NCBI GenBank assembly: GCA_001780165.1 | Contig: MFFQ01000023.1 | Span: 5,215 to 69,214, forward strand | DNA from: Candidatus Eisenbacteria bacterium RBG_16_71_46 | GTDB taxonomy: Bacteria; Eisenbacteria; RBG-16-71-46 | Reading direction: 5' to 3' | DNA length: 64,000 nt | In this document: one piece after another, positions 43,195 through 53,199 of the stretch | How the letters are laid out: each line of letters starts with the position of its first letter | Numbering within the stretch: position 1 is the first letter of the stretch | Program-made: the position numbers and the translations under genes | Notes under the pieces: model-generated | Seen by the model: the letters and a program-made list of their open reading frames with translations, nothing else | What the model was told of the DNA's origin: nothing | Database searches by the model: none

Positions 43195-43208
43195 TGTAAA
43201 CGATTACG
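43195..43208. promoter_or_regulatory. LacI-type operator copy 3 (TGTAAACGATTACG), overlapping the -10 of a minus-strand TTGTCA-N18-TACATT promoter for lacI
   Basis: 13/14 identical to the copy at 32765 and about 90 nt upstream of the lacI ATG. Confidence 0.8.
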
Positions 43209-43289
43209 GTCGCTCTTGACAATGCGGGCGGGCAGCCACCCCCGGGCCCACCCCGCCGACCCGTCGCCGCGCCGGCGCCGGCCCGGGCC

Positions 43290-44069
43290 TCAGCCGGAGG
43301 CCTCGAGGTTCAGCCAACCCAGGCGCTGGCAGCAGAGGACGTACTTGGAGCATCGCGTCCGCCGCGGCGTGAGCGGATGGAGGATCTGCCGGACGAGATC
43401 CACGTCGATGCTCGCCGCCTTGACCTCGATCACCACCAGCCCCTCCAGCGCGGATGGAACCCCCCGCCGCGGGCTCGCGCAACCGGTCTGGTCGTAGCCG
43501 ACGATGTCGTAGTCGAGGGTGGCGCGGACCCCCGTCGACCGGTCGCTGAAGTGCTGGCGCCGGTAGGAGACCAGGACCACCGGCTGGTCGCGCCCGCAAA
43601 GATGGGACGCCTGGCTCTCGGAGAGCCGGCTGCCGATCTGCCGCAGCAGGTCCGGGTAGGGGCGCGCGGCCAGCGGACCCTGGGCGGAGATCAAGACGCG
43701 CTCCTTCCACGAGACCTGGTTGCGGCGGGACTTGAGCTCGAAAAAGAGCCGGTCGTCCGGCAACGGCCGGTCGTACCAGCGCAGGCGCACCTTGGACCGG
43801 CGCCCGATCCCCGAGATGGACTCGTGGCACGCGGACAGGCTGGCGTCGTCGAAGTAGATGCTGTTGACCTGCGAGACCGGGGTGCGGCCGAACGTCTCGC
43901 GCCGGGCGTTGGCGCCGAGGATGGCGCTGATCTTCCCCACGTCCGCCCCCGGGAGGGCGAACTTGATCTCGCACCGCCCGGGGCCGCGGGTGGAGTCGGC
44001 CTCCCGCGACCGGGCGCCCGCCGGCTCGCCCACGGCGGCGACACCGGGAGCCGGGACGCCCGCGCTCAC
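43290..44069 (-). CDS. VTC (polyphosphate polymerase/CYTH-like) domain protein
   Basis: Motifs EIKF, VNSIYFD, RSKVRLRWY, FFELKSR..KER, YRR, RATLD, VIEVK and SKY. Start approximate. Confidence 0.85.
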   Translation of the reverse strand: MSAGVPAPGVAAVGEPAGARSREADSTRGPGRCEIKFALPGADVGKISAILGANARRETFGRTPVSQVNSIYFDDASLSACHESISGIGRRSKVRLRWYDRPLPDDRLFFELKSRRNQVSWKERVLISAQGPLAARPYPDLLRQIGSRLSESQASHLCGRDQPVVLVSYRRQHFSDRSTGVRATLDYDIVGYDQTGCASPRRGVPSALEGLVVIEVKAASIDVDLVRQILHPLTPRRTRCSKYVLCCQRLGWLNLEASG

Positions 44070-44755
44070 AGCAGGCTCTTGAGGTTGACGTAGGAGATCT
44101 GGCACATGGGCAGGCGCGCTTGCAGCCCGGCCACCATCGCGCCGACCGCATCGGGGCTCTCGGGAAAGACCGCGATGCGATAGCGCACCTGGCCGTCCTC
44201 GACGTCGAGCCGCTGCACGTCATGGCGGCCGACGAGCTCCGCGACCGAGCGGGAGAAGCGGGTGAGATCTCCCCCGAAGATCTCCGGCTGCGCTCCCGAG
44301 ATGGTCAGCAGCAGTTGCTGGGCGCCCGCCCGGCCGCGCAGGTGGTGGCCGAGGACGACGAACAGCGAGAAGACCACCATGCCGGCCAGCGCGAGCGGAA
44401 TGAACCGCGCGCCCAGGGCGATGCCGATGGAGATGCAGAAGAAGAGATAGACGATTTCCTCGGGCTCCTTGATCGCCGCCCGGAAGCGCACGATCGAGAG
44501 CGCGCCGACCAGCCCCAGGGACAGGGCCAGCGACGACTTGATCACCGAGATGACCAGGATGGTGGCGACGGTCAGCAGCGGAAAGGTGCTGCTGAAGGAA
44601 TCCCGGTTCGACAGGGTGGTGGCGAAGCGCCGGTAGAGCACCCGGACCCAGTAGCCGATGACGCCGCCCGCGAGCATCGACCCGATCAGATAGACCGCTT
44701 CCCGTAAGGCGCCGCCCTGAGGCAGGCCCACCAGCAGATCACGCAGTTGTTGCAA
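44066..44755 (-). CDS. DUF4956 membrane protein (MgtC/SapB-like)
   Basis: Signature SSLALSLGLVGALSIVRFRAAIKEPEE. Start approximate (TTG 44755; the ORF extends to 44848). Confidence 0.87.
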   Translation of the reverse strand: MQQLRDLLVGLPQGGALREAVYLIGSMLAGGVIGYWVRVLYRRFATTLSNRDSFSSTFPLLTVATILVISVIKSSLALSLGLVGALSIVRFRAAIKEPEEIVYLFFCISIGIALGARFIPLALAGMVVFSLFVVLGHHLRGRAGAQQLLLTISGAQPEIFGGDLTRFSRSVAELVGRHDVQRLDVEDGQVRYRIAVFPESPDAVGAMVAGLQARLPMCQISYVNLKSLL

Positions 44756-44896
44756 CCCATCCGCCTTTCGTCCGTTCCGCCCGGGCCGCGGCCCGCGTGA
44801 TCCTGGGGCTGCCGGGAGCCCCGCCCGCGGTCCCCCCCCCGTCGTCACGCGGCCCCCGCCCCACGGACGTCGGGCCGGGGCGACGTCCGGGGAGGA

Positions 44897-46159
44897 TCAT
44901 CCTCCGCGGGTCAGCCATTCCGCCTTCCGCTGCACGATGAACCGGCGCACCCGGTCGACGGCCCCGTCGAACCTCGCCAGGTCCGCCTGGGTGCGCGGAT
45001 CGGCGCGGGTCGTCGAGTGGAGCGTGCGCCCCACCCGGTCGATCCGCTCCATCAGGGCCCGCTCGTCCCACGCCTCGCGGAGCACGCGCTGGATCGCCCG
45101 CTCGTACGCCCCGGCGAGCGCGGGCGCCTCGCGCACGTCCTCCGCGAGCCGGCCCTTGGGCGGCGCGAACGGGCTGCGCACTTCGATGTCGGGGTAGACG
45201 CCGTCCACACCGAACAACGAGTCCATGCCGTGGGGGATGAAGACGAAGCGCCCGTCGCTCGAGCGGTCGTACATGAAGTAGTTGTTGACGTTGCCGGAGT
45301 AGCTGTCCCAGTGGTTCGCCAGGGCGTCGATGGCGCACCCGGTGAGGAAGCCGTCGAGATCGAGGCGCTCGCGCACCGCCCTCACCCACTCGGCTTCGGG
45401 CGTCTCGCGGACGACCTTGACCAGGGCGCGGAGATCGTCGCGGTTGCGGCGCTCCTCCCCCTGGCGCTTCAGCTCCATGCGCTGGGGTTGCTCGAGGAAA
45501 TCGGTGCACGGATCGTCGAATGGACACGACCCCTCGTAGAGATTGCCGCCCGCGTCCGCGACACCGAAATTCCTGACCAGGAACTGCCGGTCGACGGCTT
45601 CCTTGATGACGTAGACGCCGCGTGGCTCACCGTTGAAGGTCACCACCGCGTGCGCCGTCAAGGGGGCGGGCAGATGCGCGCGGCGGTAGAGCTCGTAGCC
45701 GAGGTGCTCGTTGAGGAAGGCGACATCCTGCCGGGCATTGTTGAGGATCAGCTTGTCGATGCCGAACAGGCGCTGGTGCTTGATGAACGCGTTGAGCTTG
45801 ATGCTGAAGGCCGGTTTCTCGGAGAGCGGCGAGAGCGAGTTGATGCCGCCCTTGCGGCGGATCCCCACCATCACGTAGGCGTGGCCGTCGAAGCTGAAGG
45901 TGCAGGGGACGCGCCGCGACCAGTCCCGGTCCAGCGTGGCGAGATCCTTCTCCTCGACCGTGATCGCGATCTCGTGGAGGACCCTGGTGTCGAAGACGGT
46001 CGCGACCGCCGGCGGCGATCCGGGAGACCAGACCGTGGCCCGAGCGTCCGGCCCCGCCGATCCGCCCGGCCACCCAATGCCGCCGAGAACAGCGGCCAGC
46101 AGGAGCAGCTTCGCGTCCGCGCGCCACGCGCATCGCATGGGTTTTCGTGCCTCCCGCAT
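44897..46159 (-). CDS. CotH kinase family secreted protein
   Basis: Motifs VGIRRKG, KPAFSIK, LILNN, LNEHLGY, GVYVIKE, NLYEG, HWDSY..NNY.MY and FIPHGMD. Hydrophobic N-terminus. Confidence 0.85.
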   Translation of the reverse strand: MREARKPMRCAWRADAKLLLLAAVLGGIGWPGGSAGPDARATVWSPGSPPAVATVFDTRVLHEIAITVEEKDLATLDRDWSRRVPCTFSFDGHAYVMVGIRRKGGINSLSPLSEKPAFSIKLNAFIKHQRLFGIDKLILNNARQDVAFLNEHLGYELYRRAHLPAPLTAHAVVTFNGEPRGVYVIKEAVDRQFLVRNFGVADAGGNLYEGSCPFDDPCTDFLEQPQRMELKRQGEERRNRDDLRALVKVVRETPEAEWVRAVRERLDLDGFLTGCAIDALANHWDSYSGNVNNYFMYDRSSDGRFVFIPHGMDSLFGVDGVYPDIEVRSPFAPPKGRLAEDVREAPALAGAYERAIQRVLREAWDERALMERIDRVGRTLHSTTRADPRTQADLARFDGAVDRVRRFIVQRKAEWLTRGG

Positions 46160-46268
46160 GAGTGGCCGGTGGCCGCGGGGCGTCGCCGCCCCGCCCCGGG
46201 AGCCGGCGCCCGCGCCGCCCTCCGGGAGCCCGGCGCCCGCGGGGCGGGCTACGACCGCCGCCGCGCGC

Positions 46269-47834
46269 TCAATGCACCACCGGCTTCAGCGCGCCGCGAT
46301 CGTGGGCCCCGACGATGCGATCGATCGGGCGGCTGATGAGGAAGATCACGATCCCGGTGGCGATGCCGAGCACGGTGAGCATCAGGAAGAACTGGCCGCG
46401 CGGCATGCGCGTCCAGAACGTGCCGAGATATCCCGAGAGGTAGTTGCCGAAGAAGCTGGACAGGAACCACACCCCCATCATCATGGACACCATCCGCGCG
46501 GGCGCCACCTTGGTGACGAAGGAGAGCCCGATCGGCGACAGGTAAAGCTCGCCCATCGTGAGGACGACCGTGGTGCTGCCGAGCCACATGACGCTGCGGC
46601 GCATGTCCGCGGTGAGCCCCTGCGACGCCACGATCATGATGATGAACGACAGCCCGAGCAGGAAGCACCCGATCGCCATCTTGGTGACGCTGTTGGGCTC
46701 CTGGTTCCGCCTCGCCTGCCACACCCAGAAGGCGCTCAACCCCGGCGCGAACAGGAAGATCATCGCGGGGTTGAAGGCCTGGTACCAGGTCGAGGGAATC
46801 GTGAGCCCGAGCAGATTCCAGTTGGTGTTCTGATCGGCGAACAGCTGCATGGTATTGCCCTGCTGCTCGTAGCAGGCCCAGAAGACGATGTTGAGACCGC
46901 ACAGCACGATGATCGCGCCGATCCGCAGGCGCTCCTCCCGCGGCATGGTCATCATCCAGCGGAAGAAGTAGACACCGAAGACCACCACCGCGGCCGCCAG
47001 CAAACCCCAGCGGACCAGTGCCGGGATCGCCCCGAGCAGGGCTGGCAGGCCGAGAATCAGGAAGAGCAATCCACCGACGATGCCCACCAGGTAGATCCCG
47101 ATGCTGGCCGTGGCGCGGGCCGGCGTCGAACGCACGGTCGAGGGCGCCACGCCCAGGTAGCGCCGTCCCCACAGGTAGAGCAGAAGACCGAGCACCATGC
47201 CGACACCGGCCGCGGCGAAGCCGTAGTGCCAGCCGATGGTCTGTCCCAGCGTGCCGCACACCAGCGGTGAGAAGAAAGCGCCGAGGTTGATGCCCATGTA
47301 GAAGATCGTGAAGGCCCCGTCCCGTCGCGGATCGCCCTGCGGGTACAGGCTCCCCACCTGGGTCGAGATGTTGGGCTTGAACGCGCCGTTGCCGAGGATC
47401 AGGAAGATCAGGGCGACGAAGAACAGGTGCTCGACCGCCATCAGGAAATGCCCGATGGCCATGAGCACCGCACCCAGGATGACGGCCTTCCTCTGGCCCA
47501 GCACTCGATCGGCGAGCAGGCCGCCGAAGAACGGCGTCAGATACACGAACGCCGTGTAGAGGCCGTAGATCTGGGAGGAGAGCGGTTGCACGGGGAGCGG
47601 CCCGAACACGCCCTCGAGCGAGCCCTTGAGGGCGGTGAAGCCCAGCACGCGCTGGCCCACGTCGGGTTGGATGAAGAGGAAGTTGACCATGTACAGCACC
47701 AGCAGGGAGCGCATCCCATAGTAGGAGAAGCGCTCCCACATCTCCGTGAAGAACAGGACGAAGAGCCCCTTCGGGTGTCCGAAGATGGTGCCCTCGCGCC
47801 GGGGCAGGGGCTCGCTGGCGGCGGCCGTGGCCAT
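46269..47834 (-). CDS. POT/PTR family proton-dependent oligopeptide transporter
   Basis: Motifs FFTEMWERFSYYG, FKPNIST, FYMGINLG, YEQQG and GELYLSPIG. Confidence 0.95.
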   Translation of the reverse strand: MATAAASEPLPRREGTIFGHPKGLFVLFFTEMWERFSYYGMRSLLVLYMVNFLFIQPDVGQRVLGFTALKGSLEGVFGPLPVQPLSSQIYGLYTAFVYLTPFFGGLLADRVLGQRKAVILGAVLMAIGHFLMAVEHLFFVALIFLILGNGAFKPNISTQVGSLYPQGDPRRDGAFTIFYMGINLGAFFSPLVCGTLGQTIGWHYGFAAAGVGMVLGLLLYLWGRRYLGVAPSTVRSTPARATASIGIYLVGIVGGLLFLILGLPALLGAIPALVRWGLLAAAVVVFGVYFFRWMMTMPREERLRIGAIIVLCGLNIVFWACYEQQGNTMQLFADQNTNWNLLGLTIPSTWYQAFNPAMIFLFAPGLSAFWVWQARRNQEPNSVTKMAIGCFLLGLSFIIMIVASQGLTADMRRSVMWLGSTTVVLTMGELYLSPIGLSFVTKVAPARMVSMMMGVWFLSSFFGNYLSGYLGTFWTRMPRGQFFLMLTVLGIATGIVIFLISRPIDRIVGAHDRGALKPVVH

Positions 47835-47881
47835 GGGTATCTCCTCAGAGGGTCTGCGAAGGATCGGCCCGTGAATCCGGG

Positions 47882-47910
47882 AAGCTATTCAATTGCGCGA
47901 CGGGAAACAA
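47882..47910 (-). promoter_or_regulatory. Sigma70-like promoter TTGTTT-N17-TAGCTT for the POT transporter
   Basis: 17-nt spacing in an AT-rich patch about 50 nt upstream of the ATG. Confidence 0.45.
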
Positions 47911-48037
47911 GCCCTCTCGCCACGGACGCGGATCGACTCCCGCGGGGCGCGGGGCCCCGCGAGCGATCCTCCCGACCGCCCGGGGCCCGGGCGCGCGTGG
48001 CGCCCGGGCCCCGGAGCCGTGCAGCGCCCGGTGGGGT

Positions 48038-49849
48038 TCAGTGGCCGCCGGCTCCCACCGCCGCCGCCTGGAGGCGCTGCTCCAGCGCCCCCAGCTCGTC
48101 GCGTAGGCCCCGAGGAAGCTTCGAGCCGAACCGCTCGTAGTGCTTGCGGATGGCCGGCAGCTCGGCGATCCAGCCCTCGACGTCCACGCGCAGCAGCTCC
48201 GCCATCTGGGCGTCCTGGATCCGCAGCCCCGAAAGGTCGATCGCCCCCGGCGCCGGCAGGCGGCCGATCGGCGTGTCCACCGCCTTGCCGGTTCCGGCCA
48301 CGCGCTCGAAGATCCACTTGAGCACCCGACTGTTCTCCCCGTAGCCGGGCCACAGGAAGCGGCCGTCGTCGTCCTTGCGGAACCAGTTCACGTAGAAGAC
48401 CTTCGGCAGCTTGGCCGCGTCGGTCTTGGCCCCCACCGCCAGCCAGTGCGCGAAATAGTCCCCCATGTGATAGCCGCAGAACGGCAGCATCGCAAACGGA
48501 TCGTGCCTCAGGTTGCCGACCTTGCCGGCGGCGGCGGCGGTGGTCTCGCTGCTCATGATGGATCCGAGGAACGTGCCCTGCCGCCACGAGGTCGCCTCGT
48601 TCACCAGCGGCACGACTCCCGCGCGCCGGCCGCCGAACAGCACGGCCGAGATCGGCACGCCGCCGGGCTTCTCCCAGTCCGGCGAGATCACCGGGCATTG
48701 CCGCGCCGGCGTGGTGAAGCGGGCGTTGGGATGCGCGGCCTTGCGCGTCGCCTTGGGCGTCCAGGGGCGGCGCAGCCAATCCACCAGCTCGAGGGGCGGC
48801 GTCTCGGTCATCTCTTCCCACCACACGTCCCCGTCCGGTGTGACGGCGCAATTGGTGAAGATGGAGTTCGCCTCGGCGGCGCGCATGGCGTTGGGGTTGC
48901 TCTTCAAGCTGGTGCCGGGAGCGACGCCGAAGAAACCGGCTTCGGGATTGATGGCGTAGAGCCTGCCGTCGGCGCCGAACTTCATCCACGCGATGTCATC
49001 GCCGACGGTCTCGATCTTCCAGCCCGGCAGCGTCGGGTTCATCATCGCGAGATTGGTCTTGCCGCAGGCCGACGGGAACGCCGCCGCGACGAAGATCTTC
49101 CGCCCCTCGGGGTTGGTGAGCCCGAGGATCAGCATGTGCTCGGCGAGCCACCCTTCGTCCCGCGCCTGCACCGACGCGATGCGGAGCGCGTGGCACTTCT
49201 TGCCGAGCAGGGCGTTGCCGCCGTAACCCGACCCGTAGGACCAGATCTCGCGGGTCTCGGGGAAGTGGCAGATGTACTTGTTCTTGGGATTGCACGGCCA
49301 CGGCGAGTCGGGGGCGTTGGCCTCGAGCGGCGCGCCCACCGAGTGCAGCCCTTTCACGAACTCGCCGGCGGCGCCGAGCGTCTCCAGCACCCGCGAGCCG
49401 ACGCGGGCCATGACGTGCATGTTGGCGACGACGTAGGGCGAGTCCGTGATCTCGATGCCGATCTTCGCGATCGGCGACCCGATCGGACCCATGCTGTAGG
49501 GGATCACGTACATGGTGCGGCCCTTCATCGCGCCGCTGAACAGCGGCGTCAGGGTCCGCTTCATGTCCGCCGGGTCGCGCCAGTTGTTGGTCGGGCCGGC
49601 GTCGTCCTTGCTCCGCGAGCAGATGAACGTGAACTCCTCGACGCGGGCCACGTCGCCGGGGTCGGATCGCACCAGAACGCTGTTGGGGCGCTTGCCCTGA
49701 TCCAGCCACAGGGCGGTGCCCGCCTGCACCATCAGGCGCAGCATGGTGGCGTACTCCGGCTCGGAGCCGTTGCACCAGACGACCTGCTCCGGCTGACACA
49801 TGGTGGCGACGTCGTTCACCCAGGCTTCGAGCAGCTCATGTTGGCTCAT
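48038..49849 (-). CDS. pckG: Phosphoenolpyruvate carboxykinase (GTP)
   Basis: Motifs [45 protein letters not shown] and [11 protein letters not shown]. Confidence 0.97.
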   Translation of the reverse strand: MSQHELLEAWVNDVATMCQPEQVVWCNGSEPEYATMLRLMVQAGTALWLDQGKRPNSVLVRSDPGDVARVEEFTFICSRSKDDAGPTNNWRDPADMKRTLTPLFSGAMKGRTMYVIPYSMGPIGSPIAKIGIEITDSPYVVANMHVMARVGSRVLETLGAAGEFVKGLHSVGAPLEANAPDSPWPCNPKNKYICHFPETREIWSYGSGYGGNALLGKKCHALRIASVQARDEGWLAEHMLILGLTNPEGRKIFVAAAFPSACGKTNLAMMNPTLPGWKIETVGDDIAWMKFGADGRLYAINPEAGFFGVAPGTSLKSNPNAMRAAEANSIFTNCAVTPDGDVWWEEMTETPPLELVDWLRRPWTPKATRKAAHPNARFTTPARQCPVISPDWEKPGGVPISAVLFGGRRAGVVPLVNEATSWRQGTFLGSIMSSETTAAAAGKVGNLRHDPFAMLPFCGYHMGDYFAHWLAVGAKTDAAKLPKVFYVNWFRKDDDGRFLWPGYGENSRVLKWIFERVAGTGKAVDTPIGRLPAPGAIDLSGLRIQDAQMAELLRVDVEGWIAELPAIRKHYERFGSKLPRGLRDELGALEQRLQAAAVGAGGH

Positions 49850-50052
49850 GGCGTTGGCCTTTTCGTGACTGCGGTGAAGCGCCGTCCGGACGCGCACGCT
49901 CTCGCGCGCTTCCGGCGATAGGCGCCATTGCGATGGCATGCCGGGTCCGGTTCGAGAACCCGACGCCGGGAAAGCCCGGTCGCTCCTCGCTGCGACCTGT
50001 CCTCCGGGCGCGCCGCGGCCCGGCAGGCCGCCCGGTGTTCCGCCGCCGGCGA

Positions 50053-51357
50053 CTACCCCCGCTTGGCCATCGGCACGTACGCCCGCTGGGTGGCTCCGGT
50101 GTAGATCTGGCGCGGGCGAGCGATCTTGGTGTCGGGGTCGTTTCGCATCTCCAGCCACTGCGCGATCCAGCCCGGCATCCGGCCCATGGCGAACATGACG
50201 GTGAACATGTTCATCGGGATGCCCATCGCCTTGTAGATGACGCCGGAGTAGAAGTCGACGTTGGGATAGAGCTTGTGGCTCACGAAGTAGTCGTCCTTGA
50301 GCGCGATCTCCTCGAGCCGCATCGCGATGTCGAGCATGCGGCTCGCGCTCTTCATCCGGCCGATCACCTCACCGCAGGCCTTCTTGAGAATCGCGGCGCG
50401 CGGGTCGTAGCTCTTGTAGACGCGGTGCCCGAAACCCATCAGGCGGGTGGTGTCGTTCTTGTCCTTGGCGCGGTTGAGGAAGACCTCGGCGCTGCCCTCC
50501 TCCGCCGCGATCCGCTCGAGCATCTCGATGACCTTCTGGTTCGCGCCACCGTGGAGCGGCCCCCACAACGCGCTGATGCCGGCTGAGACGCTGGCGAACA
50601 GGTTGGCGCGCGAGCTGCCGACCATGCGCACCGTGCTGGTGGAGCAGTTCTGCTCGTGGTCGGCGTGGAGGATGAGCAGCAGGTCGATCGCCCGCGCCAG
50701 TGTGGGGTCCACCTCGTACTCCTCGCAGGGCGTGGCGAACATCATGCGCAGGAAGTTCGACGCGTAGTCGAGCCGGTTCTGCGGATACATGGACGGCTGC
50801 CCGATCGAGTGCTTGTACGAATACGCCGCGATGGTGGGCATCTTCGCGATCAGTCGGACGATCGCATCGCGGAGGTTGTCTTCGGTTTCGGGATCCTGGT
50901 AATAGGTCGCCAAGGCCCCCACCGCCGCGGCCGCCACCGGCATCGGATGCGCGTCCTTCGGCATGGCGTCGAAGAAGCGGTCGAAGTCCTCGTGGAGCAG
51001 GGTGTGGTGCGTGACGTCGTGGGTGAACGTGCCGAGCTCCGCGCGGGTGGGAAGCGCGCCGTGGAGCAGCAGCCAGGCTACCTCGAGGAAGCTGCTGTGC
51101 TGGGCCAGGTCATCGATCGGGTAGCCGCGATAGCGCAGGATGCCCTTCTCCCCGTCGATGAAGGTGATGGCGCTGCGGCAGGAGCCGGTGTTGGCGAAGC
51201 CCGGATCCAGGGTGATCATACCGGTCTTGGCGCGCAACTGCTGGACGTCGACTGCGGTTTCCCCTTCGCTTCCCCGCACGACAGGGAGGGTGAGCGACTT
51301 TCCGTCCAGGCTCAGCGTGGCGCCGGCTTGGGTCTCCGGGGTGGTTTGGGGTGCCAT
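50053..51357 (-). CDS. gltA: Citrate synthase (type II)
   Basis: Motifs [27 protein letters not shown] and [18 protein letters not shown]. Confidence 0.97.
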   Translation of the reverse strand: MAPQTTPETQAGATLSLDGKSLTLPVVRGSEGETAVDVQQLRAKTGMITLDPGFANTGSCRSAITFIDGEKGILRYRGYPIDDLAQHSSFLEVAWLLLHGALPTRAELGTFTHDVTHHTLLHEDFDRFFDAMPKDAHPMPVAAAAVGALATYYQDPETEDNLRDAIVRLIAKMPTIAAYSYKHSIGQPSMYPQNRLDYASNFLRMMFATPCEEYEVDPTLARAIDLLLILHADHEQNCSTSTVRMVGSSRANLFASVSAGISALWGPLHGGANQKVIEMLERIAAEEGSAEVFLNRAKDKNDTTRLMGFGHRVYKSYDPRAAILKKACGEVIGRMKSASRMLDIAMRLEEIALKDDYFVSHKLYPNVDFYSGVIYKAMGIPMNMFTVMFAMGRMPGWIAQWLEMRNDPDTKIARPRQIYTGATQRAYVPMAKRG

Positions 51358-51755
51358 GGTGGTTCTCCTTGAGCAAGGCGTTATCGCCTATGGACTCCGG
51401 CGGGCCGGCCCCCGCTCCGCGAAACCGGCCCGCCGCTCGAACGCGGCGGTCGCGCGCGGCCGTGGAACTGCCGCGCAGCGTCGAACAGAGTACAAGGAAA
51501 CGAAACGAGGGCAAGAGCCGTACCGGTGCGGGTATCCGGCGCGCCGCTCCCGCTTTCGCGCGTCCGGCCGCAGAGTTAGCCCCGCTCGGCGCCCGTGGGG
51601 TAGCCCTCTCGTGGCCCCCTCGCGCGGGAGCACCGGTCAATCTGTCAGGAGCGAGGCGATTCCGTCAGCCGGCGGGACTCGGCGGCGAGGGCTACCCGCC
51701 GCGCGGGGCTCGCCACCGGCCGGTTCTGGGCGCCGCCGTGGAACCCGGACCGGCC

Positions 51756-53135
51756 TCACGCGGCCGCGGGCGCGGAGGCCGGTCGGGCCCGCCGGTCCGC
51801 CCATGAGTGGAGCGCCCGCGCGTAGGCGGCGGCGGCCACGGCGATCAGCAGGGGATCCATCGGCAGCCGGTAGCGGGTGGCCGAGATGGTCGCGGCCTGC
51901 GTCGCCGTGAACAGCAGGCAGAACATCGCGATCAGTCCCAGCATGCGCCGCTCAGCGGCCGGCGCCCGGCGAAGTCCCGTGAAGAGGTAGAGGACCACAC
52001 CCGAGAGCACCACGATCCAGTGCAGGACCTGGACGCGGACGAAGAAGGTATCGGTGCGCCGGTAACCGCTGAGCGCCGCCCTTCCGCCGCGATCCACGAG
52101 CTCCGCCTTGCCGAGCGGGGTCGGCCAGGGCGAATGGAGCGCCAGGGTCTTCACCGCCACGCCTTCGAGGAACGCGAGCGGGTGCCCGCGGATGTAGTCG
52201 AACGCCGCCGCGCGCAGCGCCCGGTCCCGCGCCACCTCGTCGTCCGCGGTACCGCGCGCACGCAGTTCGCGCTCGATCCACGGCTGATAGGCGTCGAGCC
52301 AGACGTAGGGGCAGAGCGTGAGCAGGTCGGGGTTGTTGCCCTTGTAGACGTTCTCGCCGCCGGTGGTGGAGGACAGCAGGGTGGCCACTCCCAGCTCGCG
52401 ATGAAGCGTGAGCTGCCACGGCAGCGCCACGGCGAGGAACGAAGCCCCGGCGAGCGCGGCGCCAACGGCCGCCGCGGGCCAGCGGCCGCGCCGACATTCC
52501 CGCGCCAGCACCGGGATCAGCAGCGGCAGCAGCAGCCACCCGGTGGGGCGCGTGAGGTGCGCCAGCCCCGCCAGCATCCCCAGCCCGGCGAGGCGCGCCC
52601 GCGGGCGATCCGCGCGCGCGAGAAGATAGAAGAAGCCCATCACCAGCGCGACGAACAGCGGCGTCTCGATCTGGGCCAGCACTTCATTCCAGTAGAAGAA
52701 GTCGCCGAGGTAGAGCAGGGCGGCCGCGATCATCGCCAGCCGATCGTCGAACACGCGCCTGACGAACAGCAGCAATAAGACGCCCGTGGCCAGGGCGATC
52801 GCCGACTGCGTGACGGCGGCGGCGGCCAGCCAGTGCGTCCCAAACGCCCACTGGTGCGCGGCCAGGAACAGCGGGTAGAGCGGCGGACGGTAGGCGGTGA
52901 AACGCACCCCGTCGAGGGAGTAGAGGCCGCGCTCGAGCAGGTTGCGCGCGAGCGTGCCGTAGCTCGGACTCCCGCCGTATGCGCCGGCGCGATCGAGGAT
53001 GCGGACCGCCCGCGCCAGGTAGATCCCCTGCACCGCGGCCATCACGAGCGCGAGGCCGGCTGCGCATCGGCCGAAGCTCAGGCGGTCGAGGCGGTCGAGC
53101 GCGCGCCCGAGGAACGAATCGGATCGCCCGGACAT
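51756..53135 (-). CDS. GT-C fold membrane glycosyltransferase (ArnT/PMT-like)
   Basis: Motifs TAYRPPLYPLFLA, ETPLF, LTRP, N.YKGNNP and RYRLPMDP, with many TM segments. Confidence 0.75.
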   Translation of the reverse strand: MSGRSDSFLGRALDRLDRLSFGRCAAGLALVMAAVQGIYLARAVRILDRAGAYGGSPSYGTLARNLLERGLYSLDGVRFTAYRPPLYPLFLAAHQWAFGTHWLAAAAVTQSAIALATGVLLLLFVRRVFDDRLAMIAAALLYLGDFFYWNEVLAQIETPLFVALVMGFFYLLARADRPRARLAGLGMLAGLAHLTRPTGWLLLPLLIPVLARECRRGRWPAAAVGAALAGASFLAVALPWQLTLHRELGVATLLSSTTGGENVYKGNNPDLLTLCPYVWLDAYQPWIERELRARGTADDEVARDRALRAAAFDYIRGHPLAFLEGVAVKTLALHSPWPTPLGKAELVDRGGRAALSGYRRTDTFFVRVQVLHWIVVLSGVVLYLFTGLRRAPAAERRMLGLIAMFCLLFTATQAATISATRYRLPMDPLLIAVAAAAYARALHSWADRRARPASAPAAA

Positions 53136-53199
53136 CCCGCATCCTCCCCCGCGCCACTCCCGTCGGGCGATCGGCGCCGCGCCGCCCGACGGGCCACGC

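Noticed and set aside
16786..43208. Glucan locus as a mobile genomic island
   Set aside because: No integrase, transposase, tRNA or flanking direct repeats are visible, and composition looks host-like by eye.
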